Assembly: GCA_951406725.2 (NCBI GenBank)
Contig: OX597817.1
Span: forward strand, 61,690,001-61,754,000
Origin: Octopus vulgaris
Lineage: Eukaryota
Reading direction: 5' to 3'
DNA length: 64,000 nucleotides
The position numbers were made by a program, and so were the translations under genes. Below, in pieces: positions 1 through 14,000 of this stretch. The notes beneath the pieces were generated by a model, which saw nothing but the letters and a program-made list of their open reading frames with translations, searched no databases and had not been told where the DNA came from. How positions within the stretch are numbered: the first letter of the stretch is position 1; the number at the start of each line of letters is the position of its first letter.

Positions 1-1907
1 GTTACATATATTTTTCTAAAGCTTAGCATCCCATTGAAAGTCTTTAAAAGGAAACGGTCCTGAAATTCCAGATGATAATGATGCTGATGATGATGATGAT
101 CCTGAAGTACCCGCAAAATATGTTGCTTTTATGATTTGGTCCTTTTCTTTTTCTCTCTGTTTACATAAATGTGGGCACGACTCTGCTTGCTTTGTAACCA
201 TCCAGTTTTGGGTTCAGTCCCACTGCACAACACCTTGGGCAAGTGTCTTCTGCTATCAATCAATGCTTTGTGAGTTAATAAGGTTGACAGAAACTGTGTG
301 GAATCCTAGCCTATGTGTGTCTTTGTTGTGTCTCCCCTACCCCTGCCTGACAACTAGCTTTGGTTTGTTTGTATCCCTTGTAACTTAGTGGTTTGGCAAG
401 AGTAACTGATAGAATAAGTATCAGACTTATTGATCCTCGTAAACCCTTCAAGGCAGTGCTCCAGCATGGCTGAAGTCCACTGCTATAACTGGGATTATTT
501 TTGTTGGAGAAGCTGTTTTTCCCCCCAAAAATGAAATTTCGAGTCTTGAACCCATCAGTTTGTCTGCCTCGTGGTGTTCCAACTTAATATCCTGCTGTGA
601 CGTTGCTCTTTGCATTCCTATAGCAACGGCATCAGTATTGGTCTCTGCTTTCTTCTTAAACAACAGGGATGCTGTGAAGAAGGACAACCTGCATCCATGG
701 CCAATGGCTGGGCTTCCATGAAATCCTTGTCTGGGATTGGTTTCAGGCCCATGGTTCCATGAGACATACACAGCACCCTTTCCTCAGATGTTTCTATAGC
801 TAAATGTTGTTCATAGTCTTAAGTATACCCAGCCATGAAATATGGAGTGTCAGGATGATCATAACAAGTAGAGTTGCATCTTCTGGGCCTGGACTTCAAC
901 AGTGTCTGTAATAGAGTTTCAAGTGGTTCCACTTCTAAATGTTTCTCTTCTTGTATTGTTTTACCTCTTACAATGGTTTTTCCAAAAGTTTCAATCAATA
1001 CTCTTCTCTTCTGATTAATCCTTAGATTAATCAATCAATCTGTTAAGTTTGACCAAGTCCTTTCGTTGCAGACCCGGAGAAGAGGAGGAGGAAGACATGT
1101 CATTGATGAAGTCAGAAATTGCAATGAAAGCACTTTCACACGTCTCACTGATCTTCTTTTATTTTATTTGTCCATTACATTGTTACACTTGTGATTTCTT
1201 TGTCAGATTCATAGAAAATAATGATGATTGTTAGCATTGGTCCAGGGTCACAGTATTTCTTTTTGGCACGGGGCGAATAGTAGCCAGTTACATTGACTGC
1301 CCGCCCCCCCCAATTCATAGCTGGTACTTGATTTTATTGATTCTGAGAGGGTGACAAGTAAGATCAACCTTGACAGAATTAGAACTCTAAATGTAAAAGA
1401 AAGCAACTGAAGAAAATACCACAGAGTATTTTCTCCACCACACTTCTGATTCTTTCAGTAATAATGATAATAATAATTTCTTTAATAAGGGCTTAAAAAC
1501 AGATCAAGGATTGTACAAGATGATACAATAGGATATGGCATGTGGCTCTACGAAGCCCTATTAACAGTAAAATAACAAAAACAAAGAAACAAAAATTCAA
1601 ACCAGAAAATTCCTCAAAAAGTGGGAGACCTCTAAGGGCTGCCTGTGAAAGCTGTACAAATCCCATTTACTCTGACCACTAAGGCAAGTACCCTCTCCCT
1701 CATCACCCTCTCTCAATCTATAGGCACACATACTCAGAGCAGGCCCATTTGTCTGGACCATTCTTGCTACTGTCACCCATCTCTCAACAAGTTTATTAGA
1801 AGGCACTATTTTCCTTTCTATCTTCCTTTTCCACTTCAAGTCGAAGCTGTCCTCCTTCAGCCCTTTCTATATTAATAATAATTTTTGTTTTTCCTTTTTT
1901 ATTGCAG

Positions 1908-2011
1908 AAGTACTTTCACCGTTTGTAGTGGCTTACGATGACATTATCAAGGGACCTGTGGCAACATTTATTGCCCTCTCTTCCAAGATTAATGGCAATG
2001 TGAAGATCCAA
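1908..2011 (+). CDS. CAP: CAP exon (first in window), (E)[34 protein letters not shown]
   Basis: Acceptor ttttattgcag, donor gtaagt; resembles the first helices of the CAP helical folded domain; starts in phase 1. Confidence 0.9.
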
Positions 2012-5000
2012 GTAAGTATTGGCAAACAAGAATCAACATTCACTCAGTCATTGGATTGAGCGAGGCCATACTGGGGCACTACCTTATTTTATCCATTCAT
2101 CTATTTTTCTCTGCCCCCCCCCCTTCTTGAGAGGGTTGTTGGGGGTAGAGTCCATAGCCACCTCCACCATAGATTCCTAGCAGAAGCAACCATCTTTAAT
2201 CCAACTTCCTAGTTGGATTCCCAAACACAACAAAGACGATTGACTACAATGCCCTGCTTTCATTTACGCATGGAGGGTAATAATCTTTTTTTTTTTAACT
2301 ATATAATTCTCTTGTTGACTTCCTCTTGATGGTATTGATCCCTCATGCACAGATTAAGAAATAGGGAAACTACAATATGGTAGTGTTATACGATGAAGAA
2401 TATGGCCATGATATCACTTCAGTTGGAAAAGTGTGAAAAATGTGCAGATGATGAGTTTGAAAGGTTGGGCTTTACTTCATAACTGAATGTATCCAGAGAA
2501 ACGGTAGGAGTCCAAATTGACCAAGCCTTGATTCAATTCAGAATAAGTTGTTAACGTTTGGTTCCTCTTCTATCTACGAAACTGCTGTCTTTGACACATT
2601 GTTGAAATGTATCTTCATCGTATCTTTTCCATTAGTCCTGACAGAGGTAAAGTGACCGAGTTCCTTTCGAGTTTTGGGCTTCATGGAGGCAAAATGGCTG
2701 AGCTCCATTCAAGTGTTGGGCCTCACAAAGGCAATGACCAAGACCTTTGGCATTGTTGTGTTTGAAAAGAAGGCCCATCAAGCCGAGCAAAATTGCAGTT
2801 GTGGCAGATACCAGTGTCATGCAAATGGCACCCATGCCAGTGGCACATAAACGCACCCATTACACTCTTGGAGTGGTTGGCATTAGGGAGGGCATCCAGC
2901 CATAGAAAACCATTCCAAATCAGGCTGGATCCTGGCACAGCATGCCACCCCACTCAAACCCTCCAACCCATGCCAGCATTGAACAATGGACATAAAATGA
3001 TGATGATGATGTATGTATGTATGTATGGTAAGGTGCAGGAGGGCTTGAATCTAATATAGCTGTTGATTTATTTATTAATGGAAATTCACTGCATGAAGTA
3101 TCCTGTGTGTTGATATAATTTTTTGTCTTCTTCCAGGCCGCCATGGTGCAGGAGGCTTTCAATGCTCAGCGAAGTTTCCTTGTTCAAGTATCTCGCAGCA
3201 AAAAGCCAGCAAACGTAAGAAGTTGTTTCTTTATTTCTGTATAGGTCACCTATACACTGGCCATTATTTTACAAATAATAAATTTTCATTGAAATATTTC
3301 TGTATATTTAAAGAAGGAACAAGTACAACAACACAAATCAAAAATAAAACAATCAGTTTACTGAAATAAAAGATTGCATATTACTTCTTGTCTTTATGTC
3401 TAATTTGTCTACAACTGTAGATGCTTCCAAACCAGGCTGTTGTGCCATCAATAGTTACTAAAAGACCCTTGTTTAGAGAACACCATTTTATGAAAAGAGG
3501 TGTTCAGTTACAAAATTCTCCGAACTGTTGCCTTGTGGTCCCCTGCATCAAATTACAGTGTCTCATTTAGAAAACAATCAGCCCCTTACTGAAGAAAGCC
3601 AGCTAGCTGGGTAGTTCATAGGTTTCCTTTGATGTTTACCCTGGCTGATAATAATTATCCTAAAACAAGATGAAGTTAATATGCGTTGTTAATGTATTTG
3701 GTACTGCAAAGACATGCAGCCTAGTGGTGAGGATGTTGGACTTGTGATCATTACATCGTTGGTTAAATTCTTTGAGCAAGGTATTTCATTTTGCATTGCT
3801 CCAGTTTACTGAAAAATAAGTATGAGCCTTGAGCTCGGAACACAAACAGCAGCATTGAATACTGCTCAGCTTCCACTCCACCACTCTAGAATGATTTTTC
3901 TTTAGCTGAAGGTTGATCTTCAATAAATAGCTGAGCCTTGAATCGTTCCTGCTCTGCCTCTCTCTTGCTCCAGTTATCACATCCCTGGTGTCATGCTGAG
4001 TCAAGAACAACAGGATGACCAAGATTATGTTTGTTCCTAACTTTGTAGACACCTAAAACAGTGACAGCACTATCGATGCTCTCAACTCATACTTGCCAGT
4101 GAGTTAGGGCTCTGCTTTATTATTTGAAACTATTTTGCTAAAAATTCAGCTAAAAACTGTGAAAATAGCATTTCTGAATTTATTCCATGACTGTTTAAAT
4201 ATTGCTTTTTGTTTGTTTTTTCTCAGGAGCAAATGAACCACCTTTTGAATCCGACAAGCTCTAAACTGCAAGCCATTCAGGTAAGATGTCTTCATGTGTT
4301 CATCTGGATTTTACTGAGACAGGTTTTATTATATTTGCTGCCTTTCATGGCATATGCCATTCATTTTGTGTTAGTGAGAATATGCTGGGGTGAAAATTGG
4401 TTCTTTTTTTTTTTTTTAGACTTTAGGTATGACTAAAGACACAGGCATGGTCATAGATAGCTTGAGTTAAAATGGTTATGAATCGCCATAAAGTTAACCA
4501 AGGTGATTGACATTATACTTCACTCAAGTAAAGATTTAACCTAATCACTTGGTGCCTTGGATTCCTTTAGCAAAGTCCACCCTGTTGCAAACTTTTGGTT
4601 CAGGATTTCAGTTTCAGGATACCTTCATCCCTTCTCCACCCCCTAGTCTTGGAGAACTTGTGAAGAATCATGGATGCTACCTTCCCCATCGAATAACTCT
4701 ACCTAGTAATCCACCATAGTACCACCATCCTCTTCTTCACACATTACCATGAAACTTCTGTCATCTGTTATATCGATAGACACACACACACACACCGGCA
4801 TGGTGTAGGCACAGATGCGTTGTTAAGAAGTTTGCTTCGTGACCGTGTAGTTTTGAGTTCAGTCCCACTGTACAGCAAGTGTTTTCTACTATAGTTCCAG
4901 GCCAACCAAAGCTGTGTGAGTGGATTTGATAGATGGAAACTAAAAGAAGCCTGTCATATATGTATGCATGTGTGTGTCTGTGTGTCCTCTTGTCTTGACA

Positions 5001-8000
5001 TCATTTGATGGTTGTAAACAAATCATATAAGTGTTCTTCATTTCAAGTGTTCCATGAAAAATGTCTAGCTATGAGAAAATATTGCCTTGCTTGGTAATGG
5101 GTGTTTGTTAGCACTAGGTAAGGCATCAAGCCATAGAAAATCCATCCCCCAAAATTCTGTCTGACCCATGCAAGCAAGAAAAAGTGGACATTAACCCTTT
5201 AGTGTTCAGATTACTCTGTTAAATGTAATACTTTTTCATTCAAATTGTTTTGAATTAATCATGCATTATCTTGTAGCTTTGAGGTTTCAGTGATGTGATT
5301 GTTCATTTTTAGCATGACATTGTAGGTTATGTGTGAGAGGCTAGATATAGCCAGTTTGAATATAAAACTTTTAGAATATTTGGGCCGGTTTAAACACTAA
5401 AGGGTTAAATGTTAGTGGGGAGATGCAGTGTTAATTTCTTATGGCATGGCCAAGTAGACTCATTGACCTACATCTAGAAGACAGTTATCACATTTAACCT
5501 ATTTATAATTTATTTGTCTCTTAAATCCTGACTACTTAGGGAAACCATTCCATGGCCAACAGCAGTTAGAACTTCCTGCTAACCCACTGACTTTTCATTG
5601 GAATTTGGAGGCATTAAATTTTTTTTTTTTTCCTTTCCTGTTCCCCGTCATACCAAAGGGGGAAAAGTGTGGGAATACGGGTCTACATCTAAGGCAGAAA
5701 ATTAATCATTTATCTCAAAATAGAATATTATATTAAAAATATAAATTAAAGACAAACTAAGAGTGCTACACTTTAGCATTGGAACTATTGTATTATTTTA
5801 TTTTTGAAGAGCTAATCAAAGCAAAAGCCACACTGTTAATTGGGAAATTATTGAATCATTGTGTGTATATGGGGGTAGGCGCATATATGGGTATGTGTCT
5901 ATATAAACTTGTATATATAAATAAGTAAAACAGAAATGTTATATAAAAATCTCCAAGTAATTTTGTTTACCAATTATGTTTTGTCTCTTTCAGGAATTGC
6001 GTGAGAAAAACCGTAGAGATCCATACTTTAACCATTTATCAGCCATCAGTGAATCAATCCCAGCGCTTGGATGGGTAACTTTGGTAAGTTCCCATTTTTT
6101 ATTGTACTTTATTTTCACAGAAATTTAAGCAGAGTTTTGAGGGTATCTTAACTTTCCTAATTTGTTGTTTGAGTAATTTTTAATGCTGTTTCTACAACTT
6201 TTAGTTGTGATCTTGGGGTAATGTTTAAGATATTACTTTAATCATTCTGTTTCTCTATTTCTGTTAAAATACACTGTTTTTGTTGCAATAGGGTTACTAT
6301 AGAAACGCTGTATTTGCTCATGTATAAGTCGCATCCCCTAATTCACTGTTAAATCTTAGTACAACATTTTTTCCACACCAGTTTTTTCAGTTAAATTCTC
6401 ATTGCCCTTTCTAGACTCATGGGAGAAATTGAAATTAGGGTTACAAGCCAAGAAATACTTATACTAGGCAGAACCATGTTGTTAAGAACTATGCTTCCCA
6501 GCCACATGCTTTTTGGCTCAGTCTCAGCATGTTGCACTATCTTCTATGATAGCCCTGTGATGACCAAAGCTTTGTGAGTGGATTTGGTAGGTGGAAACTG
6601 AAAGAAGCCCTCTGTATTGTGCATATATGTATTTGTGTCTCGTCTTGACATCATGTGATAGTTGTAAATGGAAGTCATTCATTTTCAAATATCCTGTGAA
6701 AACATGTCTGTTCATGGAGAAATATTACCTTATTTGGAAACAGATAAGGGTTGACGATAGGATTGGGATCCAACTGTAGAAAACCTGCCTCAATAAATTC
6801 CTTCTGATCCATGCAAAAATGAACATTAAAACAATGATGATAACTATTCCTAGAGATGAACCCTACTGGACTTAAGGCATCTATTTAGAGTTCAATCCCT
6901 CAGTCAGCTAGAATCAAGTATCTTATTCATGGACCCTGCACTAATTATTATTATTGAGTGAGAAAGCAGTGCATGTCATGAAAGTGACACTGGGGTAAAA
7001 TATACGAAGCCCAGTTTCCCTTCATGACTACCCATCTATTAAAGGTACACCAGGCACATGCATCATAACCAAATGTGATATGTGGCAACATGGTGATCTG
7101 ATACCAAAATAAACAGTGCAGGACCTTGCAGGTGGGAGTCCAGTTAGAATTTTCTTTAGATCAAGTAGCCCATCCTGTTCAAAAGGTCCCTGAATAAGGG
7201 TTGTTTAAGGTTGTTGAATGAAACACCCATGTTTCCAAAGGTGAATTATGGGGGTCATTGTAATCGCTTTATCACCAACCCCCTGCAAATTTCCGGCTTT
7301 GTGTTTATTGTAGAAAGAAGTTTTATTATTACCCTGCATCTAACATACAGGCACTGCACCCTTCACCTCTCGGCTGGTTGACTTGTGAGCTTTATGGTGA
7401 CCTAAGTAGTGCCAGTAGCACGGAAGAAGCATGTAGCACACACTGTAAAGTGGTTGGCATTAGGAAGGGCATCCACCACCCATAGAAACCAGACAGCAGA
7501 GCACAGTCCAATCCTTTGTTTCATTGGATCCTTGTCAATGCATCCAACCCATGCCAGCATGAAATACAGATGTTAAAAGATGATGATGATGATTAATAGA
7601 TGTGAAGTAAAACTGCTGCAGTTGGAATTCTCTTTCCAGAACAGCAATTACCCACCATTCGTTATATATACTAACAAGCTGATAGCAAATTAAATGTAAA
7701 ATAGTAATTTTATGTTGAATAAATTTAGAATATGAAGAGGGAAAAACCATTCTCTTCCTGTCTAACAAAAATTGGCTGCAATTTATCAAAATGAAATAAT
7801 TATTTCCTTGTGTCGTTGAGGTTTCATGAACTTAATTACTTTAATTGCAGAATACTCCAGTATCTTACATCAAGGAAATGTCTGATTCAGCACTGTTCTA
7901 CACCAACCGTGTTCTGAAAGAATTCAAAGAGAAGTAAGTCTCGAGTTATTTTTATTATCATACATGAAATCATCATCATTTCATGCTACTTTCCATGCTT

Positions 8001-11000
8001 GCATTGGATTGGATGGAATTTTGGGGCATAGATTATCTGCCCATCCTGTTACCAAACCTCAGCTGTTTCCAAGCAAAGTAATATTTCCCTCAATGACCAG
8101 ACATGTTTTCATGGAAGTCTGCAAATGGACATCATTTGCATGATGGTGGCACTCTTTTACAATTATCAGATGATGTCAAGTCAAGGAGACAGTAATAGAC
8201 ACACACATGCACTCGCTCACATATACACACTTAATGGGGCTTCTTTTCAGTTTCTATCTACCAAATCCACCTGCAAGGCTTTGATCAGCTTGGAGCTAGA
8301 GTAGAAGACACTTGCCCCATGTGCCACCATGTGATACACGAGACAAAGTTCTTACCCTTCTGTGTCAATAAAGCAGTTCAATCATTTAAGTTCTTTTTTA
8401 ATTGATTTGTCTTTAATTAAGGGCCTGATAAGGATCTGCTCTCTCTTCCTTCTTTTCTGTCTCCTCTCCCTTATCTTAAAACACAAAAAGACATCTGCAA
8501 GCATCAATGATGTCTGAGTCAAATCCGCTTAAATTACTCGTCCACCACTGCCAGATAAAAAGTCCAATGTGCTTAGAAGTCTTGGAGACTATATCTTACA
8601 TTAGATTCTGTGTGTGTGATGGTGTTGTTTAAATATAATCACAGATGTTATCTTCTATCTTTCTTTACCAGAATTGATTGTTGGTTCACTACATTATGTA
8701 CATTAGCACCAACCTTATCATTAGACTTATTGATCCTTATTGATGATGATGATGGTGGTGGGGGTGGTGTTGGTGTTGTTGATTATGATGATGATAACTA
8801 TGATGATTTTGGTTTACTTGTAGAGATGCCACTCATGTTGATTGGACCAAAGCTTGGATTAATGCCTTGAAAGAGCTTCAATCTTACGTCAAAGAATACC
8901 ACACTACAGGACTGTCTTGGAATCCACAGGTTAGTATTTTTTACTTGGTGTTCAGCAAGCACTTTCACAAGATCTCACCGATTTGGGGCCAGTATCAGTT
9001 TGCAGTAAAAGAAAATATGAAGATCTGAATTATTGATGCAAGACCGAATATAAGAATAGAGTTGTTCTAAATTCATATTTATTGTACAGCTAAGCACGAG
9101 TGTGGGTAAGTGGTTAAGGAGCTTGGTTGGAAACCATGTGGTCATGGGTTCAGTCCCTTGTGTGGCACCTTGCCCATGTCTAACCAAAGCAATATGAGTG
9201 AATTTGTTAGGCAGAAATTGAAAGAAGCCTATTATGACTACCATTTAAGCATCTGTTTTCCATGCTGGCATTTATTGTGTGTTTGTGTGTATCCTTGTCT
9301 AACGTTAACTGAATGATTGTAAATGAGCATCGTCGTAACACAAGCAAGGTTGTTTGTTTCAAATGTGTAAAAAAAAACAATTCTGGCCATGGAGGGGAAA
9401 TATTACCTTGCTTGGAAACAGGTTGGGGTTGGCAACAGCAAGGACATCCAACTATAGAGAATCTGTGTGAACCAATTCGGTCTGACCCATGCAAGCATAG
9501 AAAAGTGGACATTTAATGGTGGAGAGCATGCTGGTGTAACCTATGGCAACCTAATTCTGGGCCCTAAAATTCTGCCTCAGAATGTCTGATGTATTTAGGC
9601 AACAGTAACATCTTATACAGCATTTTTCTCCCTCTCTTTCAAACTCTTTCTCTCTCTACACTTTCTGTGTTTATTTATGTGTAAAGTAAACAGGATTACA
9701 TGACTGTATTGAACACTTTTTATGTTTTTGTACCAGAAAATAAACAAACTGTACATGTACGTATTCACACATGCATGTAGAAACGGATAGGCTCACACTT
9801 CTTAACAAATAACAAGGGATAACTTCACCATATGTTGCAGTCATCAGTGGCGTCTCCAACCACTCCATGTCAACATTTATCATTCTCATGTTCTTCTAGC
9901 TGATATTCCTGTAGCACAGCTGACGATTGCCAACAGTCCTCTTTCTGCATGCAAGTCTCTTATAGAAAATGTTTGAGGGATTCAGCCACCTTTTATCTGG
10001 CAGCTGTGACAAAGCTATTGAAGTTACTGTGTGGAAGCAATGTTAGTTAGCATGGTGGGAAAGACCTTGACGTTTGGAGGCTTTACTTTTCAATATACAT
10101 TAACAATCATGCAAATTTACCCATCCATTCACCCTATACAACAATCCTTGGTTTCACTTATATTCACCTCCCTGTAAGTTGAGTGTATCCCGTCCATCAC
10201 ATCTCCACCATCTCTCTCTCTCTCCCTCTGCTTTACTGCAGTTGCCTGTTTTTGTCTCTCAACCCTAAACTCTCATCTGGCACAAACCACCGTCTGCAAT
10301 ACTATTCCCTCACCTCATCTCATTTGAGGGTCTTTTAAATTATTTGCTGGCCTCACAGCTGCTGTTAAGTGGTTGGCATTAGGAAAGGCATCAAGCCGTA
10401 GAAACCATGCGGAAGCAGACTGAGCTTAGCACAGTCTTCTGATAGGCCATCTTCCCTCAAACTGTCCAACACATGACAGCATGGAAAACGTGTTAAATGA
10501 TGATGCTGATGATGTTTGCTTTTATCTCAAGTTATAAAAAACAAATTAACTTTATACTGAAAAAATGCTCAATACTTTTTTTGTTGAGTTCATTTATTTT
10601 TGACTAGAGCTTTGACAGTGACTGATGAAGGCCGGCTGGCTTTCCTCTCCATAACATCACTTCCCTACACTTCCTTCCCTATTCATATTTTTCTTGTAAT
10701 CCTCAACTTACAACTTTCCAAAAAGAATGCAAACAGTATTGAGCTTTCTCATCTTGGAGAAAAGGCCACGAGCCATTCCATTAAGATTCATAAAAAAATG
10801 CAAGCTGAATAACATACTGTGCTTGTTTACTGGGTTAAAAGACTTTGATCGTACGTGGGTTTGAACACCTGAGCTTTCTTGTTTGTTTTAAGACAGTAAT
10901 AAGAATTGAGCTAATAAGAATCTAACACTTTAAGCTACACGACTTGTTTCTCCATCTGAAGATATAAATTTCGAGAGAGAAAAAGAAAAAGCATGGCTAT

Positions 11001-14000
11001 GTTGTTAAGAAGCTCACTTTGTATCCATATGGTTTCAGATTCAGTTCCATCATAAGGCACCTTAGGCAAGTGTCTTCTACTAAAGACCCAGGCTAATCAA
11101 TGCCTTGTGAATGAATTTGGTAAAAAGAAACTCCGCTGAAACTTATATATATATATATATAAATAAAATGTGGCAAGGCTACAAGTAGAATAGCAGTCGA
11201 TCAGCTAAGGGAGTGAAGATAATGTTATGATGAAAGCCACCAAGTCTTGTGAAATACATCTGCCCAGTGTAGCAACTGACAAACGGTTTTGTTCTCAGCT
11301 TGAAAAATGGCAAAATAAAATGTTTTGGCCATGAAACCCTGGGTAAGACTTGGGGTTTTCGCTATAACAGTGTATATACATCACATATATATAATATATA
11401 TATTTGTTTGTGTCTGTGTTCATCTCCCTACTTGACAGCAAGTGTTGGCATGTTTACATCCCCAAATTTAGCAGTTTGGCAAAAAGAGATCGATAGAATA
11501 TGTACCTGACAGAAATAAGTATTGGGGGTGGGGTTGATCTGTTCAAGTAAAGCTCTTCATGACAGTGGCTGCAATCCAATGACTGAAACAAGTAAAAGAT
11601 CATAGAATAAATAACAAAGAAAAACAACTCAGTAAAATGTAAAACAAACATTAAATGAATTTTAGACCCCCCTCCCCACTCTATTTCTCTCCTCCTCATC
11701 CCCCCACCATTCTGCTGCCCCCAAATAGAACCTTAACTTGATAGGAATCTCTTGACTAAATTCCCTTTTTCTTTCTTCTTTCTTCCTCCGTTGTCATGTG
11801 GAATCCGCTGTGTTATGGAGAGGGGTCTAAAGTAACATTTGGTGAGCCAGAAATGTGGGAGGCAGGCAATAGCAGCAGGAGAAGGCCATTATCAGTTCTG
11901 CTTCAAAAGAATTCACTTTGATGTTGTCTTTCCATTCTGTTCTGGGAATTCACCCCTTTCCGTTTAAACCCTTTCTTCTCACATATCTACCCACCACCAT
12001 CCCAACAACAACATAACACTTCACTGTTGCTGATGAAGAACTATCTTTACAGATGCTCAGCTAGCCAGGAATAGTAGCCAAATCTCCCTCAAATTGATTC
12101 CCTTTATACATTGCATGCCATTATACCATCTATATAAGAAAAAGGAAGGACACATTAGAACAGTAATGGAAAAACTGTGGATCACATGGGTCACATGTGG
12201 CACTTGGGGACTTTCTAAATGGCACACCTAATGAGAAATTATTTTGAATTTTTTTAGTTGTGTGACCCATCTGATGATGAACCATGTCTCATGTGGCCCA
12301 CTTTTCAAAAAAGGTTGCCCAAGCCTGCATTACAGAAAGCAAGCAATCCCAGATGTGTAAAAAAGGGAGAAAAAAAAACTGTAGGATGGCCATGGTTGGA
12401 ACACCTTTGGTGATGTGTCTATTTAATCCTGGCGAAACAGCAACAATGACTTACCTTTGAAGGAGGGAACCTCTTTGTAGTTACTCACCTGTCAACATTA
12501 ACCAAATTACTTTCAAATAACAGCCTAAATAAGCCAGATCCATTAGAAAAGGTAGTGTCTGAGGCACAAGAAACCAAGATGGTTATGGCTGTAAAAGTCT
12601 TTGATGATAAGGCTGCTCAGTTAAGGCTCACTTGCAGCTAAACAATAACTACTACTACTACTACCGCCACCCACTTTTTTCGGTCACAGTATTAAACAGA
12701 CCCTCAGATACTCTTGTACACTGTTGGTCCCAATGCTCTTCCAATTCTCTCTTGATTGCACCATTCCTCTCCATCTTGTCCCAAATCATTTAAATTGTCT
12801 CCCCATCGTTGTGGAGGCCTTCCATGTGGTCTTGGATGTCCCTCAGCATCTGTGCAGGTCCACTTGCAAGATATTCAGCCCAGCAGAACTTGGGCTTTCA
12901 ATGTTCTTATTTCTTTATTGCCCACAAGGGGCTAAACACAGATGGAATAAACAAGGACAAAGGAATTAAGTTGATTACATCGACCCCAGTACGCAACTGG
13001 TACTTAATTTATCAACCCCAAAAGGATGAAAGGCAAAGTCGACCTCGGTGGAATTTGAACTCAGAACGTAACAGCAGACGAAATACCTCTTAGCATTTTG
13101 CCCGGCGTGCTAACGTTTCTGCCAGCTCGCTGTCTTAATGTTCTGCAATCACATTGTTCAGTCTGCTGTGAAAGAACTGCAAAGAATTTCACTTTTTATA
13201 TTATTAGAGTAATTGTTGCAGTGTGGTGCATGGACTTGCAAGAAATAGCAGCTGAATCCCTATCAAATCATAGAACAGATTGGCAATGTAGGCACTCGAG
13301 ATAGAAGGCTCTTGGCTAAAGCAACTTTGATCTCTTGGTTCAGGACCAACCTGTTTGTTGTTGGCTTTTTTTCTTGTCATATTATTAATGCAAGATATGG
13401 AGCTTTTTTTCGTTTTTTTCTCTCTACTTTTCTGGGGCTTCAAAAGATTTGTTTTTTCATGACAAGTCTATCCTAGTCTTTTTTAACTTTTATCATTGCA
13501 TAGACTGTCACCAAGGTTTCAAGGTCTTCCTTCTCTCTCCTCTTCTTTCTCTTTCACCTCATTCTGTTTTCATTCATTCCTTAATTCCCTGCCTCTTCCC
13601 TCTCTCTCTCCTTTGGTTATTCTCTCATTTTTCTCTCCAATTTCTTATTCTACATTCCTCCCTTTAATCAGTTCTCATCAACCCAACACAGCTGGCCTCC
13701 ACTCCTCACCAATCTGTTGTCAGTCAGAGCTGCACCTTTTCGCAGACATGTTTATTTCACTTTCTCTCTCAAACGGATTTTTCTTTATTTTACACTCTCC
13801 TGTTTACATTAACATACCATCTATATGCACATTCACAACACACACACACACACCTACGTTGGCCCAGGGCTATAATAGAAGACACTTGCCCAAGGAGGTA
13901 CACTGCAGAGCTGGGACCAAGACAACATGATTGGGAAGCAAACCTCTTAACCACACCTGCCACACCTGTGTCTATCAGTGTATTACGTTTGTGTGTGTCC

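Noticed and set aside
38-150. Acidic open frame KGNGPEIPDDNDADDDDDPEVPAKYVAF as a possible upstream CAP exon
   Set aside because: Driven by a (GAT)n microsatellite; no good acceptor or donor, and no CAP N-terminal RLE motif.
448-1234. Minus-strand ORFs that look vaguely coding
   Set aside because: No recognisable motif; possibly a very old retroelement, but I cannot support a call.
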